A DNA stretch of 63,668 nucleotides, counting the filler, from an uncultured Methanosarcinales archaeon (lineage in GTDB: Archaea > Nanobdellota > Nanobdellia > Woesearchaeales > CAZKBD01): assembly GCA_964550945.1 (NCBI GenBank). It is 3 parts of 3 records of this genome, joined end to end, with 100 filler letters (N's around TTAATTAATTAA, not from the genome) between each part and the next. Parts side by side here need not be neighbours in the genome. Positions count along the whole stretch, not along the records: positions 1 to 22,326 come from CAZKBD010000022.1; positions 22,427 to 44,188 come from CAZKBD010000023.1; 1 more part is not named here. The stretch is one strand, 5' to 3'. Below the pieces are notes generated by a model. The model was given only the letters and a program-made list of their open reading frames with translations, made no database searches and was not told where the DNA came from. This document shows, in pieces, positions 20,948 to 30,195 of this stretch; the first letter of the stretch is position 1; each line of letters opens with the position of its first letter. Made by a program: the position numbers and the translations under genes.

Positions 20948-21835
20948 ATGGCTGAGATTGATTGGTTTAAAGAAAAGATTTCTTGTATAATGTGCAATTC
21001 AAATGATTATTCGGTTTTGAGCACCAGGTTACGGCATGATATACATTGCCAGATCGTTAAGTGCAAAAGCTGTGGCTTTACCTACATGAACCCCCGGCCA
21101 ACTGAATCGGATATTATCAAATATTACAGCCAAGAATACCGCAACCAATACAGCCAGGATGAATTTGATTTTCATTTGAGAGAATCCAAAAAGAATGCCA
21201 AAAGAAGGGTAGGCCATATTCAAAAATATTTGAGAGGTAAAAATTACAAGAAAGTGTTTGACTTTGGATGCGCAGAAGGAACCTTCTTAAGGTTTATGAA
21301 AGAGAAAGGCTATGAGTGTTCCGGAATGGATATGGACAAAAGGTATCTCGATTACGCAAGGAAAGAATACGGGCTAAAGAGCATATTTTCTGATTTTGAT
21401 GATAGGGCATTAAAAAATGAGAAGTTTGATATAATAAGCATGTTTCATGTTCTTGAGCATTTATACAATCCTGAATCACAATTAAAAAAATTAAGAGGAA
21501 TGCTCTCGGAGGAGGGTATTGTTTACATTGAGGTTCCTAATCTGCACAATTTCTGGCTTTACAGTCCATGGAGCCGTAACTTCTTCCTGCATGAATATCT
21601 CCAAGCAGCCCATTTTTGGTATTTTAGGCCTAAAGACTTGAAAAGGTTACTTGAGAGAAACGGATTTATGGTTATCAAGCTTTATACAGGGATAGGAGAA
21701 CTGCCATTGCCTATCTTAATTAGGAACCTATTAAAAAAAATAAATGTTGAAGATATTCTGACAAAAACGTTTTATTTTTTCCCGAACAACCTTGGATTTG
21801 GAGAGAATATCATTGCAATCGCAAAGAAAAAATAG
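20948..21835 (+). CDS. Class I SAM-dependent methyltransferase with N-terminal Zn ribbon
   Basis: CIMC..CKSC, FDFGCAEG, FHVLEHL, IEVPN. Confidence 0.85.
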   Translation: MAEIDWFKEKISCIMCNSNDYSVLSTRLRHDIHCQIVKCKSCGFTYMNPRPTESDIIKYYSQEYRNQYSQDEFDFHLRESKKNAKRRVGHIQKYLRGKNYKKVFDFGCAEGTFLRFMKEKGYECSGMDMDKRYLDYARKEYGLKSIFSDFDDRALKNEKFDIISMFHVLEHLYNPESQLKKLRGMLSEEGIVYIEVPNLHNFWLYSPWSRNFFLHEYLQAAHFWYFRPKDLKRLLERNGFMVIKLYTGIGELPLPILIRNLLKKINVEDILTKTFYFFPNNLGFGENIIAIAKKK

Positions 21836-21861
21836 CCAAAATCGCCGCTTCAAACTTTAGC

Positions 21862-22326
21862 TTACTTCTTTAATCCAAAGCTCCAGAAAAACGCATTTAT
21901 GTATGATTTAATCTTTGAAAAGCTCCTAGCAGACCTCAAAAGGCTTATGATAGTCCTTGGATTGAGATGCATCAAAAAATAGGCTTTCTTGTATGCTCTT
22001 GTAATCTCTTCTGCAGTCATTCCTTTAGGTACAAAAGAAGGCTTTTCAGAGGTGGTAACATAATCATCCCAGCTTTTTGCCAGAATTGTGCCATAATCCT
22101 CTAATTTATATTTTCTCTCAAAAGTGCCTGGATAGGGGGTGAACATGAATATTCCCACATAGGATAGCCCTAATGATCTCCCAAATTTTATTGTGTTGTT
22201 GATGGTCTCTTTTGTGTCTCCCGGCAATCCGACAATAAAATATCCTCTTGATGCTATTCCTGATTCATTTGTCCATTTTACTGCAGTTCTTACCTGATCA
22301 AGGGTTATGTCCTTCTGCTGCAGATC
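21862..22326 (-). CDS. B12-type radical SAM protein, C-terminal part (truncated at contig end)
   Basis: GYFIVGLPGDT and TPYPGT; frame open to the linker. Confidence 0.8.
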   Translation of the reverse strand, partial: DLQQKDITLDQVRTAVKWTNESGIASRGYFIVGLPGDTKETINNTIKFGRSLGLSYVGIFMFTPYPGTFERKYKLEDYGTILAKSWDDYVTTSEKPSFVPKGMTAEEITRAYKKAYFLMHLNPRTIISLLRSARSFSKIKSYINAFFWSFGLKK

Positions 22327-22426
22327 NNNNNNNNNNNNNNNNNNNNNNNNNNNNNNNNNNNNNNNNNNNNTTAATTAATTAANNNNNNNNNNNNNNNNNN
22401 NNNNNNNNNNNNNNNNNNNNNNNNNN
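22327..22426. other. Artificial contig linker
   Basis: N44-TTAATTAATTAA-N44; stops in all six frames. Confidence 0.97.
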
Positions 22427-22663
22427 CTTTTGCCCCCTCTCTCCAACCGTAATCTGAAAGGTTGATGCATTAATATTTGCTGATTGTAACTTTTCTGCAG
22501 CTATCCTTTTTGCAAGTTCAATCTGATCCTGTGAGGGCTTAACAAATGAAGATTTGATATTATGGGATTTGATTAGGCCCACAAATACAAACAACACAAA
22601 AATTACAATAAAACTAATTGCCACTATTTTCCAAACTCTTGTTGGATTATTATTTTTTTTCAT
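22427..22663 (-). CDS. Hypothetical membrane-anchored protein (3' truncated)
   Basis: N-terminal TM helix; runs into the linker. Confidence 0.65.
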
Positions 22664-22732
22664 AGTACCACCTGATCATGCTTGTTTATGTTCAGTATAG
22701 TTGAAACAACATATATATTTTACCTGTAACTG

Positions 22733-22750
22733 GTTTCATTTTTTTGAAAC
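22733..22750. promoter_or_regulatory. Palindromic candidate operator GTTTCA-N6-TGAAAC
   Basis: Perfect 6-bp inverted repeat between divergent genes; related half-sites at 22690-22707. Confidence 0.4.
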
Positions 22751-22803
22751 TACTAACTTTTTCAAGAAAAGATTTATATACTTTTGGCAAAGACTAATTT
22801 TAT

Positions 22804-23283
22804 ATGCCTAAGTTTAAGATCATCATTTCGGTTATTGTACTGATCGCAGCATTATTTTTGCTGTTTGATAAGCTGTTCACACCACAACCAATACAAATAA
22901 CCTTAGAGTCTGGCCAGCAAATCACCACTTCAACTTCAGAATATTTTTCTCTGGCAGAAGTATTGTTTTTGGTTGTCAGCGCATTCTTGATAGGCTCAAC
23001 ATCAATATACTTATTTTATAACTCAGACCAAATAAAACAAATTAATCAAACTGCATCAAAACCAGATGTTTATGAGGTTATCCTTCCATTGCTCAAAAAA
23101 GAGGAAAAGCAGGTTATTGCTGCCTTGCGCGAGGCTAACGGAGAGATACAGCAAAACAAATTAGCAGTAAAACTCAATCTATCAAAAGTAAAAGTTACAA
23201 GGCTTCTTTATAGCCTTCAAAATAAAAATCTTATTGCAAAAGAAAGACACGGGCTTACCAATATGGTTAAACTTGTGAAATGA
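22804..23283 (+). CDS. Membrane-anchored winged-HTH regulator (COG2512-like)
   Basis: Two TM segments, then GEIQQNKL..LSKVKVTRLL..GLTN. Confidence 0.75.
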   Translation: MPKFKIIISVIVLIAALFLLFDKLFTPQPIQITLESGQQITTSTSEYFSLAEVLFLVVSAFLIGSTSIYLFYNSDQIKQINQTASKPDVYEVILPLLKKEEKQVIAALREANGEIQQNKLAVKLNLSKVKVTRLLYSLQNKNLIAKERHGLTNMVKLVK

Positions 23284-23287
23284 GTTG

Positions 23288-24049
23288 TTATGGTCTCGCT
23301 ACAGCTCTTCTAGATCTATTTTCTCCAACTCTAGGCCTAATTTCTTCAGTCTGCATTAATGCCATGTAGACCTGCCTTAATTTTCTAGTTGGCAGGCAAT
23401 GAACAGTCCAAGGTATCTGTTCTGCTACTTCTTCATAAGATAATCTTAAGAATTCCCTAATAAAATAGCCTTCTAACACATTTCTTGCAACAACTTGCCT
23501 AAGAACCGCTGATTTGAGTGTTAAAGGATCAGTTGTTACTGCTCTATATCGCTCTCCTCTCCCAAAAGTTTTTAAGTCTTCATCGACCCTTTCATTATGT
23601 TTTTGGATGTCCCTCTCAGCCTGGTATTGTATATCAGGATTGGTTGGATCAATAGGATAAAGAAAAGGAACAATTTCAAGAGAACCATCTCGTTTAGTGG
23701 TTAATGTTCGAGCTTCATCATCATAACTCACAAGAAAAGGCAAACGACTTAATCTTTCAATAACTTCTCTCACTATATGATCAAGATTATTTTTTCGCTC
23801 TCCTTCAAATGGCCCTTGTGGTGGTTGGGCTTCAACCAAAACAGCTTCTCCTAAACCCACATCAAATTTATGTGTGCAGGGATTTGAATATATGCTGCTA
23901 TAATCTTTAGAACCTTCCCTTGTAAATCCGTAATGAGGGCATTGGCAAAACAACATCAACTCAGTTCTTCTAACACTATAAACTTTTCCGGTAAACGTAT
24001 TACTTGTGACAGCATAAACTGCTTCTTCCAATTCAATCTTTGCTTTCAT
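23288..24049 (-). CDS. Hypothetical protein
   Basis: 253-aa ORF, 2 nt downstream of 24052-24558; no family recognised. Confidence 0.7.
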   Translation of the reverse strand: MKAKIELEEAVYAVTSNTFTGKVYSVRRTELMLFCQCPHYGFTREGSKDYSSIYSNPCTHKFDVGLGEAVLVEAQPPQGPFEGERKNNLDHIVREVIERLSRLPFLVSYDDEARTLTTKRDGSLEIVPFLYPIDPTNPDIQYQAERDIQKHNERVDEDLKTFGRGERYRAVTTDPLTLKSAVLRQVVARNVLEGYFIREFLRLSYEEVAEQIPWTVHCLPTRKLRQVYMALMQTEEIRPRVGENRSRRAVARP

Positions 24050-24051
24050 TT

Positions 24052-24558
24052 TTATAATACAAATCTCATGAACTGGCCTTTATCGTAACGGCCTTTTGTT
24101 TGGTCTGCAGTGTTAAAATAAAGCCCAAACACCTGAACTTCAGAGCTTTTCCATGCCTGCGCATAATCTGCTCTTGCATCCCAGAGTGGCTCTATAGTTT
24201 GCTTAGGATTGTATACTTTGACATGAACATCTGCGTGCTTTAACTCTCTTTGGGCAGCTTTTGCTACTCTAGCTGTAGGTTTAGGCGTTTCATCCGGACT
24301 ATACCTAGAGGTTATGCCCAAATCTGGCTCGTCATTATAAACTTCAAAATAATAATCATTTTTACCTGGCTCAAATAACTCATCGCACTGCACAAAGATC
24401 TTTCCAGGAACTCCTCTTCCGCTATAGGAGTCATAGAATTTTGCCAATAAGTCAGCTAACTCATTAAATACTTCTCTAGGGCTTACATTTTTTTTGCTGA
24501 TGACCAAAACTCCTTCAGGAATTCTACTCATGCTTACTAGCTTATCAATACTGTTCAT
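24052..24558 (-). CDS. Hypothetical protein
   Basis: 168-aa ORF with BRE/TATA (CGAAAGGTTTATAAA) about 25 nt upstream. Confidence 0.7.
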   Translation of the reverse strand: MNSIDKLVSMSRIPEGVLVISKKNVSPREVFNELADLLAKFYDSYSGRGVPGKIFVQCDELFEPGKNDYYFEVYNDEPDLGITSRYSPDETPKPTARVAKAAQRELKHADVHVKVYNPKQTIEPLWDARADYAQAWKSSEVQVFGLYFNTADQTKGRYDKGQFMRFVL

Positions 24559-24623
24559 AAGAATCAGTTTAGTGGCTTTTTGTTTATAAACCTTTCGATT
24601 ATTTAACTACTAAGAAGTAACAA

Positions 24624-25004
24624 TCATTTAACTAAAATCGCATTAACAATCCCATCCTGCCCTGGCCTGGATGTTACTTTTGCTTTTCCCATCTCTGTGT
24701 CTATTATAGTGCCTTTTGTCATTATATTTCTTCTGATAAAATGTCGGTTAGCAGGATTATCTGTTATTGTCTTTATCTTTGCTTGCTGGTATTTCTTGTT
24801 TTGTGGATCATAAATATTAGCAATATTCGTGCTAAGCAATCTTCTCTTTAAATTGCCGCCCCTGGCTCTGAGCACTTTAACTCTTCTCTCCTCCAATCTG
24901 GTCAAAGAAGGAAGGCCGCTCATATTATGGTGCCTCTTCTTTCTAAAATCCTTATACCTTCCACCAGTTGATTTTCTCTTTGATCTTGCTTGTGATAATG
25001 CCAT
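24624..25004 (-). CDS. rps8e: 30S ribosomal protein S8e
   Basis: RSKRKSTGGR, RARGGN, RRNIMTKG, VTSRPGQDG. Confidence 0.97.
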   Translation of the reverse strand: MALSQARSKRKSTGGRYKDFRKKRHHNMSGLPSLTRLEERRVKVLRARGGNLKRRLLSTNIANIYDPQNKKYQQAKIKTITDNPANRHFIRRNIMTKGTIIDTEMGKAKVTSRPGQDGIVNAILVK

Positions 25005-25093
25005 ATTGCCTAGGATTTAATATTGGTTTATAAAGCTTTTTGTTTTTTGCAAAACAATATAGAATTACCTATTTATACAATCTAAATATCTAT

Positions 25094-25288
25094 TTATTCT
25101 TTTTCCTCTTCAGGCTCTTCTTTCCCTTCTTTTTCTTCTTTCTCTTCCTTTTCTTCATCAGCTTCTTCATAGCCCTTCATAAATCCTTCTTCTTCAGGGC
25201 TTAGCTCATCGTCATCCATCATCTCTTCTCTGCCTTCCTCGTCATATATTGTTTCCTTTTCTTCAATTTCTTCATTATCTTCTGGCAT
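25094..25288 (-). CDS. Small highly acidic protein
   Basis: E/D-rich, ELSPEEEGFMKGY; TATA upstream. Confidence 0.7.
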   Translation of the reverse strand: MPEDNEEIEEKETIYDEEGREEMMDDDELSPEEEGFMKGYEEADEEKEEKEEKEGKEEPEEEKE

Positions 25289-25416
25289 AATCCAGCCTAG
25301 CAAGTAGGTTATATAAATAGATTTCGTTTTATATAAAACAAAATTTATCTGATGTAAGCCGAGACAGTTTAAAAAACCAAAAATATTATAAATAAGAAAA
25401 TTTCTTGCATTAAACT

Positions 25417-25602
25417 ATGAAGCTATATTGCGTTAAATGCAGATACAGATTTGAGAAAGACAGGATTCCAAATAGATGCCCTTATTGCAGCGCTGAAGGC
25501 AGGGTCAAACAAGTTGAATTAGCGCAAGAACTGCTGGATCAAGTGGCACAAGAGACAGAGTTCATAGAGAAAAGCAAAAAAGAGCGCGGCGTAAAATTCT
25601 GA
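25417..25602 (+). CDS. Small Zn-ribbon protein
   Basis: CVKC..CPYC; TATA upstream. Confidence 0.75.
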   Translation: MKLYCVKCRYRFEKDRIPNRCPYCSAEGRVKQVELAQELLDQVAQETEFIEKSKKERGVKF

Positions 25603-25608
25603 ACCGGG

Positions 25609-26013
25609 CTATAACTCAAGCTTATCGTCAATATCTGTAGCAACCTCTTTGAGATCATCGCATGCTCTTTTAATATCCTTTTCAACCTCGTTTATCAATT
25701 CTCTCAGATTATCCACCCTCAAGAAATATCTGTTTTTTTCATTAACTACAATCCCCGATTCCATCAGCTTGTTGATATGGTGTATAATTGTTCCTCTGCT
25801 TAACCCCAATTTAGCAGCAAGCTCGTCAGAAGTCGAAGGTTGTTTATGCTTTGCATCTTTCAAAAGCTCAATAAAAACCCTGAAGCAGCTTTTATCCTTG
25901 TCTCTAAGATTAAACAACCCCAGAGAATTTCCCAGCCATTGCAGCTCCTGGTTTAAGTTTTTCTGCCCAGGCTTCCTTATGTTTATTATCGTTATCTTCT
26001 GATACCTGATCAT
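25609..26013 (-). CDS. Winged-HTH (ArsR/TrmB-like) transcriptional regulator
   Basis: TSDELAAKLGLSRGTIIHHINKLMESGIV. Confidence 0.8.
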   Translation of the reverse strand: MIRYQKITIINIRKPGQKNLNQELQWLGNSLGLFNLRDKDKSCFRVFIELLKDAKHKQPSTSDELAAKLGLSRGTIIHHINKLMESGIVVNEKNRYFLRVDNLRELINEVEKDIKRACDDLKEVATDIDDKLEL

Positions 26014-26139
26014 ATTCTACATTAGAATTCACTTGTTTATAAATCTTTTTCAAACAACAAAAAGTAAGGCATTTCCTAGCTCCCTATTTCTTCAAGAAAA
26101 CAAAACATTTAAATATAAGTTAGTTTATCCTACATCCAA

Positions 26140-26162
26140 TCTGTTGATTTAAGGTCAACAGA
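26140..26162. promoter_or_regulatory. Inverted repeat TCTGTTGA-N7-TCAACAGA in the grpE leader
   Basis: Perfect 8-bp IR between TATA (about 26108) and SD GAGGT. Confidence 0.5.
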
Positions 26163-26176
26163 ACCAGATAGAGGTA

Positions 26177-26683
26177 ATGGATATGAAAGAAAAAGCTAAG
26201 GCACAGGAAACAAAAGAAGACTCAAAAGTAAAAGAGCTTAATGAAAAGATCGAAGAGCTCACTAACCTATTAAAAAGAATCCAGGCAGATTTTGAGAATT
26301 ACAAAAAATTAGTTGAAAAGCAAAAATCAGAGTTTTCATGTTACATAAAGCAAGATGTAATAAAAAAACTGCTTCCTGTTTTAGACAGCATCGAGCTTGC
26401 ATTGAAAAATACTGGTGACAAAGAAAACTTCATAAAAGGAGTTGAGCTGATTTTTGCACAGCTTTATTCAATCCTGCAGTCAGAGGGCCTTAAGCCGATT
26501 GAATGTGTAGGAAAAAGACTTGATCCTTATAATCATGAGGTATTACTGAAAGAGCAATCAGATAAAGAAGAAGACACAATTTTAGAAGAGCTTCAAAAAG
26601 GCTACATGCTTAATGACAAAATTATCAGGCACACTAAAGTGAAAGTCGCAAAAAATGATAACAAAGCAAACGCCTCTAAATGA
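26177..26683 (+). CDS. grpE: Nucleotide exchange factor GrpE
   Basis: QADFENYKK, LLPVLD, DPYNHE, QKGY. Confidence 0.95.
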   Translation: MDMKEKAKAQETKEDSKVKELNEKIEELTNLLKRIQADFENYKKLVEKQKSEFSCYIKQDVIKKLLPVLDSIELALKNTGDKENFIKGVELIFAQLYSILQSEGLKPIECVGKRLDPYNHEVLLKEQSDKEEDTILEELQKGYMLNDKIIRHTKVKVAKNDNKANASK

Positions 26684-27155
26684 GATTTTAGAGTTGGGAA
26701 AAGAATGCAAAAGATGCGGCCATTGCTGCAGCCATGGCTCTGGCGCTTTAGTTGATGAAGACCTAAAAAATATTTCAGAATTTTTGAAAATAACCGAAGA
26801 AAAGCTAAAAAAAGATTATTTGGAAGAAATCGAAAAATTCAACACAAAACGGCTAAGGCCAATAACAATAAAAGACAATAAGCCATATGGGAAATGTGTC
26901 TTTTATGAAAATGGATGCAAAATCCAGCCAGTGAAGCCGTTGGAATGCAAAGTAGGGAATTGCAGCCCAAATGGCGAGCAATTAAGCATATGGTTCGCAT
27001 TGAATCATTTTGTTAATAAAGATGACCCAGAATCAATAAGGCAATATGCAATATACCTGAAAACACATAAAACCCTCCCAGGGGGTAAATTAGAAGAATT
27101 GATCCCTGATGAAAAAGAATTAAAGAAAATATTGAATTTTGAGAAACTAAAGTGA
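26655..27155 (+). CDS. YkgJ-family Cys-cluster protein
   Basis: CKRCGHCC, CVFY, CKI..KPLEC. Confidence 0.8.
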   Translation: MITKQTPLNEILELGKECKRCGHCCSHGSGALVDEDLKNISEFLKITEEKLKKDYLEEIEKFNTKRLRPITIKDNKPYGKCVFYENGCKIQPVKPLECKVGNCSPNGEQLSIWFALNHFVNKDDPESIRQYAIYLKTHKTLPGGKLEELIPDEKELKKILNFEKLK

Positions 27156-27204
27156 TGGAAACCCTTTCCAGCACCATCAAGATCAAGAGTTTGAGGTGAA
27201 AAAA

Positions 27205-27561
27205 ATGCCAGAAAAACAAATTAATTTGAGCGTAGATGATGGAGATGCGTTTTTTGCGCACGAAATATCAATAAACTTCAATCCAACCCAGTTTATATTG
27301 GATTTTAAATGCATAACGCCAAGAGTCGATCCCAGAAGCAGGGATAACGCTATACTAAAAGTAAAGCACAATGTAGTGATTGTTGACCCCTATCATCTAA
27401 AAAAGATTCATGAATTCATCTCAAACCGCTTGAAGGATTATGAAACTGAGTTTGGCAAGATTGAAGAGCCAAAACAGATCAAGATGCTCAGAAAAAAGCA
27501 TGGCAAGCATGGAAAAGAGGCCAAACAAGAGAAAGACAGCATCCCTAGCTATTTGGGATGA
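27205..27561 (+). CDS. DUF3467-like protein
   Basis: FFAHEISINFNPTQFILDF..YETEFGKI; SD GAGGTGA. Confidence 0.65.
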   Translation: MPEKQINLSVDDGDAFFAHEISINFNPTQFILDFKCITPRVDPRSRDNAILKVKHNVVIVDPYHLKKIHEFISNRLKDYETEFGKIEEPKQIKMLRKKHGKHGKEAKQEKDSIPSYLG

Positions 27562-27592
27562 ATGTCCAGTCCCCAACCGGGAAAGAATAAAA

Positions 27593-27740
27593 ATGTCAGA
27601 AATTTTCCACTAGTCTAGGGCTAGTGGCTGAAAGCCAATGTCCTTGGTGATGTGAAAAATTTCTGAGCATGCTCAAAAACCACTCCCTATCGAGGTGGCT
27701 TTAAACATGCCACCCATCTCTGATGGGTGGTTTTTGACAT
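27593..27740 (+). repeat. Structured intergenic element, copy 1 (MITE-like or ncRNA)
   Basis: ATGTCA..TGACAT ends, central GAGCATGCTC, multiple stems; homolog at 57008-57208. Confidence 0.85.
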
Positions 27741-27774
27741 AAAACTAACAAAAAATTTTTAGGAGGCAATAAAA

Positions 27775-29700
27775 ATGGCTAAAGAAAAATCAAACAAGGA
27801 AAAAATAATAGGTATTGATCTAGGTACAAGCAATTCTGCTGCTGCAATCCTGCAGGCTGGAAAGCCGGTAATTGTTCCGAGCGCAGAAGGAACAACTGCT
27901 TATGGAAAAGCATTTCCAAGCGTAGTAGCATTTACAAAAGATGGGCAAATGCTTATTGGAGAGCCTGCAAGAAGGCAAGCTATTTCTAATCCAGAAGGGA
28001 CATTTACAGCATTTAAAAGAAAGATGGGCACAACTTTCAAGTACAGCTTTAAGGGCAAGGAGTATACTCCACAGCAATTATCAGCTTTCTTGCTGCAAAA
28101 AATAAAGAAAGATGCAGAAGAATTTATTGGAGAGCCAGTAAATAAAGCAGTCATCACAGTTCCAGCTTATTTTGACGATAACCAAAGGCAAGCTACAAAA
28201 GATGCTGGGAAGATTGCCGGCCTTGATGTCGTAAGATTAGTCAATGAGCCAACCTCAGCTTCAATGGCTTATGGATTGGATAAGTCTAACACCAATATCA
28301 AGATACTTGTCTTTGATTTTGGCGGTGGCACTTTAGATTGCACAATCATGGAATTTGGCGAAGGTGTTTTTGAAGTCAAAGCCACTTCTGGAGACACTCA
28401 GCTTGGCGGCACTGATATGGATGCTGTCTTGGTAAAACACCTTGCTGATGAATTCGAGAAAAAGGAAGGCGTTGACCTAAGTGAAGATGACACAGCGATG
28501 CAGCGCTTGAGAGAAGCAGCTGAAAAATCAAAGATTGAGCTTTCAACAACAATGGAGACAGACATAAACCTCCCATTCATAACACAAAAAGATGGCTCAC
28601 CATTACACTTGACAACAAAGATTACAAGAGCAAAGCTAGAGCAGCTAGTCGATCCATTAATCAAGAGATGCAAAGGCCCATTAGAGCAGGCAATTAAGGA
28701 TGCTAAGCTTGGCTCATCTGGTGTTGATAAGATAATCCTTGTTGGCGGCCCTACAAGAATGCCTATTGTCAGGAAGTTTGTTGAGGATATTGTTGGCAAA
28801 AAGGCAGAAAGAGGCGTAGACCCAATGGAATGTGTTGCGCATGGAGCAGCTATCCAAGGAGGCATATTGGCAGGAGAAGTGAAAGATATACTTCTTTTGG
28901 ATGTAACGCCATTAACCCTAGGAATTGAAACCCTTGGAGGAGTTAGAACAGCCCTTATTAACAGAAACGCAACGATTCCGACAAAAAAATCACAGATATT
29001 CAGTACAGCTTCAGACAACCAGCCTGCAGTAACAATTAATGTCCTGCAGGGAGAAAGGCCAATGGCTGGCGACAATAAAAGCTTAGGAAGGTTTGATCTG
29101 GTTGGAATTCCACCTGCGCCAAGAGGCATACCTCAGATTGAGGTTACTTTTGATATAGATGCCAATGGGATTATGCATGTTCATGCAAAAGACATTGGAA
29201 CAGGAAAAGAGCAGGGCATAAAGATAACAGCGCCAAATAAGCTCAGCGAAGATGAAGTAGAGCAAATGAGAAAAGCAGCAGAAGAGCATGCAGAGGAAGA
29301 CAAGAAAAGAAAAGAGGATGTAGAAATAATTAATCAAGCGGATACATTAGCCTATTCAACAAAGAAGCTTTTCAAGGAATTTGAAGGCAAAGTAGACAGC
29401 AAAGAGCTTCAGACAGTGAAAGGAAAGATAATGGAGCTTGAAGAATTGCTTAAGCCTGAGAAGAAGGATGCAGAGAAAATAAAAGGGAAAACAGATGAAA
29501 TAAACGAGCTTGTGCAGAAGATGTCAACAGAGCTTTACCAGAAAGCATCTCAGGCAAGAGGGCAGCAAACTTCTGGAGAAGAAGAAACAAAAGGAGAGCC
29601 AGCAGAAGAAGATGAGGAAAAGCCTAAAAAAGACAATGTTGTTGACGCTGATTTTGAAGTGAAGGACGAAGGCAAAGACAAAAAGAAAAAGAAACAATAA
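27775..29700 (+). CDS. dnaK: Chaperone DnaK
   Basis: [37 protein letters not shown]. Confidence 0.98.
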   Translation: MAKEKSNKEKIIGIDLGTSNSAAAILQAGKPVIVPSAEGTTAYGKAFPSVVAFTKDGQMLIGEPARRQAISNPEGTFTAFKRKMGTTFKYSFKGKEYTPQQLSAFLLQKIKKDAEEFIGEPVNKAVITVPAYFDDNQRQATKDAGKIAGLDVVRLVNEPTSASMAYGLDKSNTNIKILVFDFGGGTLDCTIMEFGEGVFEVKATSGDTQLGGTDMDAVLVKHLADEFEKKEGVDLSEDDTAMQRLREAAEKSKIELSTTMETDINLPFITQKDGSPLHLTTKITRAKLEQLVDPLIKRCKGPLEQAIKDAKLGSSGVDKIILVGGPTRMPIVRKFVEDIVGKKAERGVDPMECVAHGAAIQGGILAGEVKDILLLDVTPLTLGIETLGGVRTALINRNATIPTKKSQIFSTASDNQPAVTINVLQGERPMAGDNKSLGRFDLVGIPPAPRGIPQIEVTFDIDANGIMHVHAKDIGTGKEQGIKITAPNKLSEDEVEQMRKAAEEHAEEDKKRKEDVEIINQADTLAYSTKKLFKEFEGKVDSKELQTVKGKIMELEELLKPEKKDAEKIKGKTDEINELVQKMSTELYQKASQARGQQTSGEEETKGEPAEEDEEKPKKDNVVDADFEVKDEGKDKKKKKQ

Positions 29701-29722
29701 ATATTCTTTTTCATTTCTTAAT

Positions 29723-30193
29723 ATGAGAATCCCAACTGAAGAAGAATGTTTTAAGATATTGGAAGAGCGCAATCTGCCTAAAAATATCATTGCTCATTCT
29801 AAATCAGTTTGCAAGGTTGCTCTGGATGTTGCTGACAAGCTAGATAAGAGGGGAATCAAGGTTGATAAAAATTTAGTCATAGCTGGCGCATTATTGCATG
29901 ATGTTACAAGGTTAGATAAAGATCATGCTAAATCCGGAGCAGAGCTATTGGAAAGATTAGGATTGGATAGGGTTGCAAAAATAGTCCGAAGGCATGGATT
30001 GTGGCATCATGGAGAACCGAGCTATATGCCAGAAACAACAGAAGAAAAAATAGTTTTTTATGCTGATAAAAGAGTAATAAACGACAAGATTGTAAGTTTA
30101 GAGGAAAGATTTAAGTATTTGAAGGAAAGATACGGGACAGAAGATGCGCTTTATCATTATGCAAAAAAGATTGAAAAAGAGTTATTAGGATAA
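29723..30193 (+). CDS. HD-domain phosphohydrolase
   Basis: HS..LLHDV..H..YADK. Confidence 0.85.
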   Translation: MRIPTEEECFKILEERNLPKNIIAHSKSVCKVALDVADKLDKRGIKVDKNLVIAGALLHDVTRLDKDHAKSGAELLERLGLDRVAKIVRRHGLWHHGEPSYMPETTEEKIVFYADKRVINDKIVSLEERFKYLKERYGTEDALYHYAKKIEKELLG

Positions 30194-30195
30194 AA

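Noticed and set aside
22371..22382. TTAATTAATTAA palindrome, repeated at 44233-44244
   Set aside because: Artificial six-frame-stop linker
27593..27740. Repeat as CRISPR, tRNA or simple terminator
   Set aside because: No repeat-spacer periodicity, no T/D-arm consensus, and far more complex than a terminator
28398..29129. Long antisense ORFs (also 48218-48973, 19525-19983, 14596-15045 and many shorter ones)
   Set aside because: Shadow frames opposite well-supported genes; no motifs
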